63,825 nt of DNA, filler included, from Actinomycetota bacterium (GCA_025963875.1; 3 parts of 3 records of this genome joined end to end with filler, not necessarily neighbours in it); one strand, 5' to 3'; positions 28,376-38,289 are shown, counted from the whole stretch's first letter. A program made the numbers and translations. Notes: generated from the sequence alone by a model not told the origin.

Positions 28376-29205
28376 CAGCGCCTCCGCCCGGTCACGGCGG
28401 CTGCCGGGATCAGCACGCCCTCGTTGAGTGCCCCGCGGCGGTAGCCGCGTTCGTCGATGGCCACGGTGGCGAAGCCAAGGCCCCGGAGGCCCTCGGTCAC
28501 GGTCCGGGAGAGGGGCGCGAGGCGGGCAAGCTCGTCGGCCCCCACCTCGACCCTGGCGGCGTCGCCGCCGAGGTCCCGCACCCGCAGCACCGAGAAGCCG
28601 AGCGAAGCCACCAGCTCCTCCGCCCGCTCCACCCGCGCGAGGGCCTCGGTGGTGACGGGGACGCCATAGGCGAGGCGGCTGGAAAGGCAGGCGGCAGCGG
28701 GCTTGGCGGCGGTCGGCAGGCCGAACTCGGCGGACAGCCTCCGCACGTCGATCTTCGAAAACCCGGCCTCGACCAGTGGATGCCGGCCCCCGCGTTCGGT
28801 TGCCGCGGCGTGGCCCGGGCGCCAGTCGGCCAGGTCGTCGGTCACCGTGCCGAGGAGCACCGGCGCCCCCCGGTCGTCGGCAAGCGGCTGGAGGCGGTCG
28901 AAGAGGGCCGACTTGCAGTGGTAGCAACGGTCCGGGGGGTTGGCGACGTAGCCGGGGTTGTCGAGCTCGGCCGTGCCGACGACGAGATGTGCCCAGCCGC
29001 GCCGCTGCGCCAGGGCCGTGGCCGCCTCCAGCTCCCTTCGGGGCAGCGAGGGCGAGTCGGCGGTGACAGCCAGGGATGCCGCGCCCAGCACCTGATGGGC
29101 GACCTCGGCCAGCAGGGCGCTGTCCACCCCACCCGAGTAGGCCACGACGGCACCGGGGAGGGCACCGAGGATCCCCCGCAGCTTGCTGAACATGGTCCGC
29201 ATCAT
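28375..29205 (-). CDS. larE: LarE-family ATP-dependent sulfur transferase
   Basis: PP-loop AYSGGVDS, NPPDRCYHCK, ACLSSR. Confidence 0.88.
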   Translation of the reverse strand: MMRTMFSKLRGILGALPGAVVAYSGGVDSALLAEVAHQVLGAASLAVTADSPSLPRRELEAATALAQRRGWAHLVVGTAELDNPGYVANPPDRCYHCKSALFDRLQPLADDRGAPVLLGTVTDDLADWRPGHAAATERGGRHPLVEAGFSKIDVRRLSAEFGLPTAAKPAAACLSSRLAYGVPVTTEALARVERAEELVASLGFSVLRVRDLGGDAARVEVGADELARLAPLSRTVTEGLRGLGFATVAIDERGYRRGALNEGVLIPAAAVTGRRR

Positions 29206-29257
29206 AGAGGGGACGAGGAGGTGAGGAGCGTTTCGCGCGTCGACGCGCGATCTGCAC

Positions 29258-31174
29258 CTAACTTACGTCAGGGAGGACCTTGTTTCCCGACAGGCCCTTG
29301 CCCCGCCACCGGAGATCCTCCACGATGATCGCCGTCTGGGAGGCACAGAACAGCACGGCGCCGCCGACGAAGACGATGCGGTAGGCGACGTCGCTGCCCG
29401 GCCCCCCGATGAGACGGTCGGCGGCCATGGCGATGAACAGCAGGCTGAGGTGGGCGATGGAGAAGCGGAAGAGGCGCATGGCCTCGCCCGGCTCGACGTT
29501 GCGCTGGAGGGCGAGCGCCCGGCGCACGAAGAGCGCCCCGAGGACGACCGCCGACACCAGGTAGATGGGTCCGAGCGATCCCAGCGGGTACAGCAGGAGG
29601 CTGACGCCGAGCAGGGAGAGCGTGTAGAGCAGGATGTGGCGTGCAGTCGCCTGGGCGCCCCGCACCACCGGCAGCATCGGCACCTTGGCCGCGGCGTAGT
29701 CCTCGGTGTAGCGCAACGACAGCGCCCAGAAGTGCGGGGGGGTCCAGAAGAAGATGATGGCGAACATGACGAGGGCGGGTAGGCCCACCCTCCCGGTCAC
29801 CGCCGCCCACCCCACGAGCACCGGGGCTGCCCCGGCGGCGCCACCGATGACGATGTTGCTGGGCGTCGCCCGCTTCAGCCAGATCGTGTAGACGAACACG
29901 TAGAAGAGCGTGGCGCCCACGGCCAGCACCGCCGCGAGGAGGTTCACCGTCGTGGCGAGGAAGGCGAACGAGATGATCTCCAGGACGATGCCGAAGACGA
30001 GCGCCCTCGGCGGCTCGATCTGCCCTGCGGGGACGGGGCGGCCCGACGTCCGCTCCATGAGGTCGTCGATGTCCCGGTCGACGTAGCAGTTGATGGCGCC
30101 GGCCCCCCCGGCAGCGAGCGAGCCGCCGAGCAGTGTGGCCCCAATCAGTGCGAGCGAGGGCCAGCCGTGGGCAGCCACCACCATGGCGGGAACGGTGGTG
30201 ATGAGCAGCAACTCGATGACCCGCGGCTTCGTGAGCATGAAGTAGGCCCGCACCCGCTGACCCACGCCGGCACGGGGCCGGGGCGTCCCGCCGGAGGCAG
30301 CCGCAACCGAGGCGGTCAGGCGGTAGGCCAGCGCGGCCATGGCCACCGATGCTCCCCAGAGCGTGGCGCCGCCGAGCACGTGGGCGATGACGGCCCAGGA
30401 GGCGGTCTTCGTCCAGATGTTGGCGGCACCGGCCAGCGCCTGCAGCAGCCACATCCCGGCGGCTACCGCGGCGAGGACGTTGACCGGCCGGTACCGCGGC
30501 TCACGTCGGGTGGCGACGAACAGCCGGGCGAGGCCCAGGCCGAGGATCAGGGCAGCGACGCGGTGCGCGAACTGGATAAGGGCGTGCGGCGAGGTCGTGA
30601 CAGGGATGACCCGGCCGTCGAAGAGCGGCCAGTCCGCAAAGATCAGGGCGGCCCCCCACTGGGTGACGTAGGCCCCGAGCACGGCGACGACCAGGGTCAT
30701 GGCGGAGATCCCGAGGGCCTCCCTCGCCAGAGGGCCGAACGTGCCGCCCCGCGGATAGAAGGAGTTCACGGTGGTGATGACGACGAGCGCCAGGAGCCCG
30801 AGCGAGGTGGCGAAGTGGATGACCACCAGGTGCGAGTTGAGGCCCGAGTCGACGACGAGCTTGCCCAGGAAGGCCTGGACCGCGATGACCCCGACGGCGC
30901 CGAGGGCCGGCCAGAACAGCGAGGCGACCGACCGGTACTTCACCCAGGCGAAGACCGCCACGGCGAGCACCAGCACGATGACGATGGACGCCGAGGCCCG
31001 GTGCGAGTACTCGATGATGGCGTGGAAGGTGAGCGGGGGGTACCACTTGCCGTGGCAGCGCGGCCAGTCCGGACAGCCGAGGCCCGACCCAGTCCCCCGG
31101 ACGGTGCCGCCGACGCCGATGAGCACCAGCGTCATGACAGAGGTCGCGAGCGACAGCTTCTGGAATCGGGTCAC
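29258..31174 (-). CDS. fused heme A synthase (CtaA) and heme O synthase (CtaB/CyoE)
   Basis: N-half GLGCPDWPRC, EYSHR, QFAHR; C-half LTKPRVI, DRDIDDLMERT, WTPPHFWAL. Confidence 0.92.
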   Translation of the reverse strand: MTRFQKLSLATSVMTLVLIGVGGTVRGTGSGLGCPDWPRCHGKWYPPLTFHAIIEYSHRASASIVIVLVLAVAVFAWVKYRSVASLFWPALGAVGVIAVQAFLGKLVVDSGLNSHLVVIHFATSLGLLALVVITTVNSFYPRGGTFGPLAREALGISAMTLVVAVLGAYVTQWGAALIFADWPLFDGRVIPVTTSPHALIQFAHRVAALILGLGLARLFVATRREPRYRPVNVLAAVAAGMWLLQALAGAANIWTKTASWAVIAHVLGGATLWGASVAMAALAYRLTASVAAASGGTPRPRAGVGQRVRAYFMLTKPRVIELLLITTVPAMVVAAHGWPSLALIGATLLGGSLAAGGAGAINCYVDRDIDDLMERTSGRPVPAGQIEPPRALVFGIVLEIISFAFLATTVNLLAAVLAVGATLFYVFVYTIWLKRATPSNIVIGGAAGAAPVLVGWAAVTGRVGLPALVMFAIIFFWTPPHFWALSLRYTEDYAAAKVPMLPVVRGAQATARHILLYTLSLLGVSLLLYPLGSLGPIYLVSAVVLGALFVRRALALQRNVEPGEAMRLFRFSIAHLSLLFIAMAADRLIGGPGSDVAYRIVFVGGAVLFCASQTAIIVEDLRWRGKGLSGNKVLPDVS

Positions 31175-31269
31175 CAGGCGGGTTCCTCCGGCTGCTGCGG
31201 GCCCAAATGAAGCCCGAAGTCGAAATTGGGCCGGCGGGCACTATAGCGCAGCCAGAACGAGGCCGACCC

Positions 31270-32187
31270 TCAGTGGACGGTAAGGGTGCCCTTCATGTTG
31301 CCCGGGTGGATGTCGCACTGGAACTGGTACTGACCCGCAGGCAGGCCCGGGATGTCGTACGTCACCGAGGCGCCGGGCTGGGCGAGCTGCGGCTGCTCAG
31401 CCGGCTTGGCGTACGGCGGGGGGCCGCTGATGATGTTGAAGTTGTGGGGAGCCGAGTCGGCGTTCTTGAGGATCACCTTGGTTGGGGTGTTGGCGGCGAT
31501 GTCGATCTGAGACTTGGCGAATGCGGTGTTCGCAGCGCCGAGTTGGATCGGCCCCGTGGAAACCTTGCCACCCGCCGCCGACGTGCCGGCGGCCGCCACC
31601 GTGACCTTGCCGGTCATCTGGGTCGGGTGGACGTCGCAGCGGAAGAAGTACGTGCTGCCGGCCTTCAGGCCGGTCACCTTGTAGGTTGCGCTGCCTCCGG
31701 GGTTCACGATCTGGCCCGCGAACAGCGAGGGGGCGTTCCCGTCGGGCCCGTCGAAGATGTGGACATTGTGCGGGGCGGTGTCCTCGTTCTTGAAGTCGAT
31801 GGTGGCGTTGTCGGGGGGCAGGGTGAGGTTCGGTGGGTTGTAGGCCAGGTTCTTGGCCGACAACGCAACCGGAGGCGCCGGAGGCACGACCTTGGGAGGC
31901 ACCTTCACGGTGATGATCTTCGTCGCGATGGACGCACCGATGACCAGCGGCACGGCGATGACGAGCAGGAGGGCGAACTTCGTCGCCCCCTCCACCTTGC
32001 GCAGGGCGATGATGCCGCAGGTGATCAGCACGTTGAGGGCGGTCATGAGCGCAACGGCCACGGCGACCTGCCGGGGCACGTTCAGCAGGATGCGGGAGAA
32101 GAGGAAGACGACAAAGGCCACGACAGCGAAAATCCCCAGCGGGACGCCGAAGGGGAGGGTCGTGCGCTCGCGAATGTCTTCAGCCAT
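31270..32187 (-). CDS. membrane-anchored protein with two cupredoxin (type 1 Cu) domains
   Basis: three N-terminal TM helices; PHN...CDVHPTQM and PHN...CDIHPGNM. Confidence 0.85.
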   Translation of the reverse strand: MAEDIRERTTLPFGVPLGIFAVVAFVVFLFSRILLNVPRQVAVAVALMTALNVLITCGIIALRKVEGATKFALLLVIAVPLVIGASIATKIITVKVPPKVVPPAPPVALSAKNLAYNPPNLTLPPDNATIDFKNEDTAPHNVHIFDGPDGNAPSLFAGQIVNPGGSATYKVTGLKAGSTYFFRCDVHPTQMTGKVTVAAAGTSAAGGKVSTGPIQLGAANTAFAKSQIDIAANTPTKVILKNADSAPHNFNIISGPPPYAKPAEQPQLAQPGASVTYDIPGLPAGQYQFQCDIHPGNMKGTLTVH

Positions 32188-33071
32188 CAGGGCCCACCTG
32201 GATTAGGAGACTCCGTGCGATTGAGCTCTCGTTCCACAGCCTGCCATTCCAGCACGTCGGGCCGTTCCGGGCGCTCCTCCTTGCTGGACCAGCGGAAGAA
32301 TAGCACCGCGATGACGCTCCACAGCGTGATCCCCATGCCCAGCTTCATGATGAGCCCCGAGATCCGGGTGTCGTCCACCGCCGAGATGCCGAAGGCGCGC
32401 GGGACGGTCGTATAGAAGTGGTAGAGCGGGCTGGAGGCGAAGGTGAGGAACGATGCGGGCACCGTCGGGATGATCGTCTGGATGAACAGGTAGACCATCT
32501 GGGCCGGGTAGGAGAGGCGCTTCAGTTCGGGCAGCGGCGACACCACCGGCCACCACATGAGGGTGGCGGCGCCGAAGAGGGCGACGTGCGTGGCGATGTG
32601 GACGATCTGATGGTGCATGTAGACGTCGAGCAGCGCCGGCCAGTGGGTCGTGACGAGCACCGCGTTGAAGATGATCGTGGCGGGCACCGGCTTCGTGAGG
32701 CGTTTCATCACCGGCCACACCCCCGGCCGGCGCACCAGGGTCCGGGCCAGCCAGTGGGGTGTCCCCAGCAGGAGCAGCGGCGGGGCCGCGAGGGTGAACA
32801 ACAGGTGCTGCACCATGTGGGCGCTGTAGAGGTAGTTGTTGGCGATGTCCGCGAGGGGCCAGCCCTCCGCCAGCGCAATGAAGAGGAGGCCGCCGGCGAA
32901 GGACAGCTTCTGGCCCCGGGTCGCCGCCGGTTCCCCCGGCTCCACGAAGCGGGGGCCGAGCAGGCGGAGGGCGGCCCAGTAGGCGGCGGCGAGGCTCAGG
33001 ACCTCGAGGTAGACCTCCGGGTGGGGGTGGAACGCCCAGGGCGAGAGACCCGGCGGCAGACTGAGCGTCAT
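32187..33071 (-). CDS. ctaG: caa3-type oxidase assembly factor CtaG
   Basis: SAHMVQHLL..APPLLLLG, WWP, GLIMK motifs; position in the cox operon. Confidence 0.82.
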   Translation of the reverse strand: MTLSLPPGLSPWAFHPHPEVYLEVLSLAAAYWAALRLLGPRFVEPGEPAATRGQKLSFAGGLLFIALAEGWPLADIANNYLYSAHMVQHLLFTLAAPPLLLLGTPHWLARTLVRRPGVWPVMKRLTKPVPATIIFNAVLVTTHWPALLDVYMHHQIVHIATHVALFGAATLMWWPVVSPLPELKRLSYPAQMVYLFIQTIIPTVPASFLTFASSPLYHFYTTVPRAFGISAVDDTRISGLIMKLGMGITLWSVIAVLFFRWSSKEERPERPDVLEWQAVERELNRTESPNPGGP

Positions 33072-33074
33072 GGT

Positions 33075-33380
33075 CTAGTGGTAGTTGAGGAGGGTGACCA
33101 GCGCGACCGCGTAGACGATGAGCGCCAGGACGATCCCCAGGATGAACACTCGTCGGAACAGGTGGGTGTCGAACTTCAGGTGCATGAAGTAGAGGCCGAC
33201 CATGCTGAACTTCACGATCGACAGCAGGATCAGCGCCGGCGCAAGGACGCTCCTCGCCCCTTTGAGGTAGTAGATTCCGACCTCGATGCCGGTGACGACC
33301 GCGAGGAACACGGCGACCTTGATGTACTCGGCGGGACCCGGATGGGCATGCTCGACGGGAGGGGTGACGGCTTCGCTCAT
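33075..33380 (-). CDS. ctaF: cytochrome c oxidase subunit IV
   Basis: three TM helices, YFMHLKFD motif. Confidence 0.85.
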   Translation of the reverse strand: MSEAVTPPVEHAHPGPAEYIKVAVFLAVVTGIEVGIYYLKGARSVLAPALILLSIVKFSMVGLYFMHLKFDTHLFRRVFILGIVLALIVYAVALVTLLNYH

Positions 33381-33985
33381 TTCTTCGCCGCGGGGATCAG
33401 GTAGACGACGGTGAAGATCACGATCCAGACCACGTCGACGAAGTGCCAGTAGAGGCCCACCAGCTCCACCTTCAGCGAGTCCGACGGGGGGACCTTCCCC
33501 ATGCGGGAGAGCTGGAACAGCGACAGCAGCATCAGGATGCCGATGGTCACGTGCGCCCCGTGGAAGCCCGTCAGCATGAAGAAGGCCGAGCCGAACGGGC
33601 TCGTCTTCAGCGTGAGACCCTCCTTGAAGAACTCGGTGAACTCGTAGACCTGGCCGCTGATGAAGGTCATCCCCAGGAAGGCGGTGGCGAGCAGCCACAC
33701 GCGCAGCCCCCGCTCGTCGCCCTTCTGGATGGCAGCCAGGGCCAGCACCATGGTCAGCGAGCTCATCAGCAGCACGAAGGAGCTCACCGAGGTGAAGGGG
33801 ATGTTGTAGACGTCCCGGGGGCCGGGCCCGTTGTTCAGGTGCGTGTGGAACAGCAGGTACGTGGCGATCAGCGCTCCGAAGAACATGCACTCGGAGCCGA
33901 GGAAGGCCCAAATCGCCAACTTGCGGTTGTCGATGCCGAGGGAGGTTGCGTGCTCCTCGGCGTGGGCTTCTGTCTCTACGGCCAC
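33377..33985 (-). CDS. ctaE: cytochrome c oxidase subunit III
   Basis: FLGSECMFF, TGFHGAHV, YWHFVDVVW. Confidence 0.93.
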   Translation of the reverse strand: MAVETEAHAEEHATSLGIDNRKLAIWAFLGSECMFFGALIATYLLFHTHLNNGPGPRDVYNIPFTSVSSFVLLMSSLTMVLALAAIQKGDERGLRVWLLATAFLGMTFISGQVYEFTEFFKEGLTLKTSPFGSAFFMLTGFHGAHVTIGILMLLSLFQLSRMGKVPPSDSLKVELVGLYWHFVDVVWIVIFTVVYLIPAAKK

Positions 33986-33995
33986 TCGATCCCCC

Positions 33996-35873
33996 TCATG
34001 ACGCCAGCGGCTCGAACACCCAGCCGTAGAACCCGCCGAGCATCAGGAGGATGCCCAGCCCGATGATCGGCAACATTCCGAAGACGAGGCCCCACCCGAG
34101 GAAGGGCAGGCCGAGGGCAGCGACCAGCGGCCAGTACGACGGCGACGGCATGTGGATCTTGTGGGCGCCGCCCTCGCTGTCGTCGTGGACGCCCTCGGCA
34201 GTCGCCTCGGCGGCACCCACCGGCACCGGCACCGGGCGCCCGGCCGGGTCCTCCGCGTATTTCTTGTGCCAGAAGTCATCGCGGGCCTTCACGATCGGGA
34301 TCTCGTCGAAGTTGTGCTCGGGTGGCGGGGAGGGGATGCTCCACTCGAGCGTCCGGGCGTCCCACGGATCCGGGCCGGCGATCGTGCCGCTGCGCTTCGA
34401 CTTCACCCAGTTGAAGATGAACACCAGCATCGAGAATGCGATGAGGAAGGATCCGATCGTCTCGGTCAGGTTGTAGCCTCCCCACCCCATGTTGGCGTTG
34501 TAAATGTAGGTCCGCCGGGGCTGGCCCATCAGACCCAGGAGGTGCATGGGGAAGAAGGTGACGTTGAACCCGATGAGCATGAGCCAGAAGTGCAGCTTGC
34601 CGATCTTCTCGTTCATCAGCCTGCCGGTGACCTTGGGGAACCAGTAGTAGAACCCGGCGAACAAGCCGAAGAGAGCGCCACCGAACAGCACGTAGTGGAA
34701 GTGGGCGACGATGTAGTAGGTGTCGTGCTGCTCGTAATCCGACGGCACCAGGGAGTGGGTCACGCCGGAGAGGCCGCCGATCACGAACATCGCCACCATG
34801 CCCACGGCAAAGAGCAGGGGTGTCCGGAACCGGATCGCGCCGCGCCACAGGGTGGCCGTCCAGTTGAAGATCTTCACGCCGGTGGGGACCGCGATGAACA
34901 TCGTCGACACCGCGAAGGCCGAGTTGGCGTACGGGCCGAGGCCGACGGTGAACATGTGGTGCGCCCACACGCCCCACCCCATGAAGCCGATGAAGATGCC
35001 CGAGAACACCACGGCGGAGTAGCCGAAGAGGGGCTTGCGGCTGAAGACCGGAAGGACCTCGGAGACGATGCCCATGGCGGGCAGGATGAGGATGTACACC
35101 TCCGGATGGCCGAACAGCCAGAACAGGTGCTGCCAGAGGAGCGGGTCACCCCCGGCCACCGCGTTGTAGAAGGTCGAATGCCACAGCCGGTCGAACGTGA
35201 GCTGGAACAGGGCCACCGCGATGACCGGCATCGCGAAGAGCAGCAGGAGCGAGGTCACCAGCGTCATCCAGACGAAGACGGGCATGCGCATGAGGGTCAT
35301 GCCCGGCGCCCGGAGGTTGAGGATGGTGGTGACGAAGTTGGCGGCGGAGGCGATCGAGGCGATACCCAGCATCTGCAGGCCGAGGGCGTAGAACGTGAGG
35401 CCGTGCCCCGGTGAGTACTGGAGGGTGGTCAGCGGGGCGTAGCCGAACCAGCCGCCGTTGGGGGCGCCGCCGAAGATGAAGCTGGAGTACAGGAACAGGC
35501 CACCGGAGAGGAACACCCAGAAGCTGAAGGCGTTCAGGCGCGGGAAGGCCACGTCCCGGGCGCCGATCATGATCGGCACGAAGTAGTTGAAGAGGGCAGC
35601 CGACAACGGCATGACGACGAGGAAGATCATCGTCAGGCCGTGCATCGTGAACAGCTGGTTGTACTCGTTGGCCGTCAGCACGTGGCCGTTGGGGCGGGCC
35701 AGCTGCGCCCGGATCAGGAGGGCCTCGAGGCCGCCGATCAGGAAGAAGAAGAAGGCGGTATAGCCGTACAGGATGCCGACGCGCTTGTGGTCGGCCGTCG
35801 TCAGCCAGCTCCCGATGCCGGACTTGGCCGACGGACGGCGCATGATGCCGCCCTCTGCCAGTGCCGTCGCCAT
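33996..35873 (-). CDS. ctaD: cytochrome c oxidase subunit I (A1 type)
   Basis: FTMHG, GHPEVY, VWAHHM, VAHFHY. Confidence 0.97.
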   Translation of the reverse strand: MATALAEGGIMRRPSAKSGIGSWLTTADHKRVGILYGYTAFFFFLIGGLEALLIRAQLARPNGHVLTANEYNQLFTMHGLTMIFLVVMPLSAALFNYFVPIMIGARDVAFPRLNAFSFWVFLSGGLFLYSSFIFGGAPNGGWFGYAPLTTLQYSPGHGLTFYALGLQMLGIASIASAANFVTTILNLRAPGMTLMRMPVFVWMTLVTSLLLLFAMPVIAVALFQLTFDRLWHSTFYNAVAGGDPLLWQHLFWLFGHPEVYILILPAMGIVSEVLPVFSRKPLFGYSAVVFSGIFIGFMGWGVWAHHMFTVGLGPYANSAFAVSTMFIAVPTGVKIFNWTATLWRGAIRFRTPLLFAVGMVAMFVIGGLSGVTHSLVPSDYEQHDTYYIVAHFHYVLFGGALFGLFAGFYYWFPKVTGRLMNEKIGKLHFWLMLIGFNVTFFPMHLLGLMGQPRRTYIYNANMGWGGYNLTETIGSFLIAFSMLVFIFNWVKSKRSGTIAGPDPWDARTLEWSIPSPPPEHNFDEIPIVKARDDFWHKKYAEDPAGRPVPVPVGAAEATAEGVHDDSEGGAHKIHMPSPSYWPLVAALGLPFLGWGLVFGMLPIIGLGILLMLGGFYGWVFEPLAS

Positions 35874-35918
35874 CAGTTCACCTTCCTACCCTGGCACATC
35901 TTCGCGTATCCCCTCTGA

Positions 35919-37070
35919 TCAGTGAAGCGTCTGCAGGAAGGCCACGAGGGCCGTGATCTCGTCGTTCGAGAGCCCCAGGTTCGGCATGATCGAGCCCGGC
36001 TTCTCCTTGGGAGGATTGGTGAGCCAGAGCCGCAGGTTCTCCGGGTTCATGTCGAGCGTGTCGCCGGCGAACGCCTGGCGGGAGTAGACGTGCGTGAGGT
36101 TGGGACCGGTGATCCCGGCCGCCCCCTCGACCCCCCCGATCGTGTGGCAACCGGCACAGGCCTGGCCCCCGGGGAACTTCCCCGAGTTGTTCCGGCCGTG
36201 GAGGAAGAGGTCCAGGCCCTGGGCCTCCAGCGTGCCGGCGGGCGGTGTGGCGGCCGGTTGCTTCTCGGCGGCCAGCCAGGCGTCGTAGTCGCCCTGGGTC
36301 TGGGCGATCACCCGCAGGCGCATGTTGGCGTGGGACATGCCGCAGAACTGGGAGCACTGGCCGTAGTAGGTCCCGGGGGTGTCGGCCTCGAGGGTCATGT
36401 GGTTGGTGTGGCCGGGGTTGACGTCCTGCTTCCCGTTGAGCTTGGGGGCCCAGAAGGAGTGGATGACATCGATTGAGTTGAGCGTGAGGTAGACGGGCTT
36501 GCCAACGGGGATGTGCAACTCGTTGGCGGTGGTGACGGTGCCCTCGGTGCCGGACGTACCGGGTGCCGGGCACTTCGTGGCATAGACGTACTGCCACCAC
36601 CACTGGTGGCCTGTCACGCAGACGTCGATGCGGGTGGCGGCGGGGGGTGCCTTGGCGAAGTCGAAAATGAGCTTGACGGTGGGGATGGCGACGCCCGCCA
36701 GGATCACCGCTGGGATGATCGTCCAGATGGCCTCCGCCCGGGTGTGGCCGTGGATCTGCACCGGCGCCTCCTGGCCCGGACGCTCCCGGTACTTGAAGAG
36801 GAAGAAGACGATGGCCCCCTCGACCAGGACGAAGACGATGACGACGATGATGAAGACCTTGCCGAACAGGTTGTCGGCGCGGCGGGCGTAGACCCCGGCG
36901 GGGCTCAGGCTGTCCTGCGGGCCACCGGTGCAGGCCGTGAGGAGGAGGCAGAGGAGGCCGAACCCGGCACCCGCGAGCGCCGCCCGGCGCCCCCGGATTG
37001 CGCGCCGGGAACTTCCACGTCCGGGCTGCTCGGGGGGAGAAGTGGAGGTTCGCCTGCGATGCCCGATCAC
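35919..37070 (-). CDS. ctaC: cytochrome c oxidase subunit II with C-terminal cytochrome c (caa3 type)
   Basis: lipobox LTAC, HSFW...CSQFCGMSHANM CuA site, CAGCH heme c; start uncertain. Confidence 0.92.
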   Translation of the reverse strand: MIGHRRRTSTSPPEQPGRGSSRRAIRGRRAALAGAGFGLLCLLLTACTGGPQDSLSPAGVYARRADNLFGKVFIIVVIVFVLVEGAIVFFLFKYRERPGQEAPVQIHGHTRAEAIWTIIPAVILAGVAIPTVKLIFDFAKAPPAATRIDVCVTGHQWWWQYVYATKCPAPGTSGTEGTVTTANELHIPVGKPVYLTLNSIDVIHSFWAPKLNGKQDVNPGHTNHMTLEADTPGTYYGQCSQFCGMSHANMRLRVIAQTQGDYDAWLAAEKQPAATPPAGTLEAQGLDLFLHGRNNSGKFPGGQACAGCHTIGGVEGAAGITGPNLTHVYSRQAFAGDTLDMNPENLRLWLTNPPKEKPGSIMPNLGLSNDEITALVAFLQTLH

Positions 37071-37189
37071 GAGGCGGCATGGTAGCAGAAGAGGCCGGAG
37101 GAGGAAGTTGGGAGCCCAGCGCGCGTATGCGCGCGATTCGCTCCCAACTTCGGGGGCAGCTCCCCTTTCGGCTGCTAGCCTCACGGCAC

Positions 37190-38260
37190 ATGCCGCTCGA
37201 CGACGACCCCCAGGCGCTCCAACGGGCCCTGCGCCAGTCGGTGGATGCGGCGATCTCCACCTTCCTCGCCGCCCAGCGGGAGCGGATGCGTGAACTGGCC
37301 CCCGCGTCCGCGGCGCTGGTGGACATGATCGAGCTCATCCTCGGCGGGGGCGGCAAGCGGCTCCGCCCCATGCTCTGCTACCTGGCCTACCGGGCATCCG
37401 GCGGGCCCGAGGGACCGGAGATCCTCACGGCGGCGGGCAGCCTCGAGCTGCTCCACACCTTCGCCATCCTCCACGACGACGTCATGGACCAGGCCCTCCT
37501 GCGCCGGGGCCTGCCCGCCCTGCACCGGCGCCTTGCCGACGAGCGCAGAGGGGCGGGCCATCCCAACGACGCCGACACCTACGGCGTGTCGGTGGCGGTG
37601 CTCGCCGGCGACCTCGCCCTCGTCCTCTCCGACGCCATGATGGCCAGCTCGGGCTTCGACAAGGCGACGGTGGCGCGAGCGCTGGTCCCCCTCGAGGAGA
37701 TGCGGGTGCAGGCCGTCGCCGGCCAGTACCTCGACATCCTCCAGGCGGGCGACCCTTCAACCGGCCCGGAGGAGGCGGCCCGGATCGCCAGGCTGAAGAC
37801 CGCCGGGTACAGCGTCGTCGGCCCGGTGGCCGTTGGGACTGCCCTGGCGGACCCGCCGCCGGCCGTCGCGGAGGCGCTGGCCCGCTACGCCCGGGCCGTC
37901 GGGGAGGCGTTCTTTCTCCGCGACGAGGTGCTGGGGCTCTTCGCCGAGGCGGAGGAGACCGGCAAGGACGCCGAGTCCGACCTGCGGCGGGGCAAGCCGA
38001 CCACCCTCGTCGCCGATGCGGTCGCCCGGTCGCCAGCCGCCGGGCGGCAGGTCATCGAGCGTCTGTGGGGGAACCCCGAAGCCACCATCGCCGATCTCGG
38101 CGCCGTGCGGGAGATCGTCGAGGCATCGGGGGCCCTGGGAGCGGCCACCAGGGCCATCGGGGCGCTGGTGGACGAAGCGGTGGAGAGCCTCGGGGAGGCG
38201 GCGCTGCTGGAGGCCCGCCCCGGGCAGCTGCTGGCCGGGCTGGCCGAGCGGTTGCGCTGA
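37190..38260 (+). CDS. polyprenyl diphosphate synthase
   Basis: GGKRLRP, LHDDVMD..LRRG, GQYLD, KTA; second Asp-rich motif reads RDEVLG. Confidence 0.88.
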   Translation: MPLDDDPQALQRALRQSVDAAISTFLAAQRERMRELAPASAALVDMIELILGGGGKRLRPMLCYLAYRASGGPEGPEILTAAGSLELLHTFAILHDDVMDQALLRRGLPALHRRLADERRGAGHPNDADTYGVSVAVLAGDLALVLSDAMMASSGFDKATVARALVPLEEMRVQAVAGQYLDILQAGDPSTGPEEAARIARLKTAGYSVVGPVAVGTALADPPPAVAEALARYARAVGEAFFLRDEVLGLFAEAEETGKDAESDLRRGKPTTLVADAVARSPAAGRQVIERLWGNPEATIADLGAVREIVEASGALGAATRAIGALVDEAVESLGEAALLEARPGQLLAGLAERLR

Positions 38261-38289
38261 CCGCGCGTCGAGGGGGTCCGGGGGGGAGT

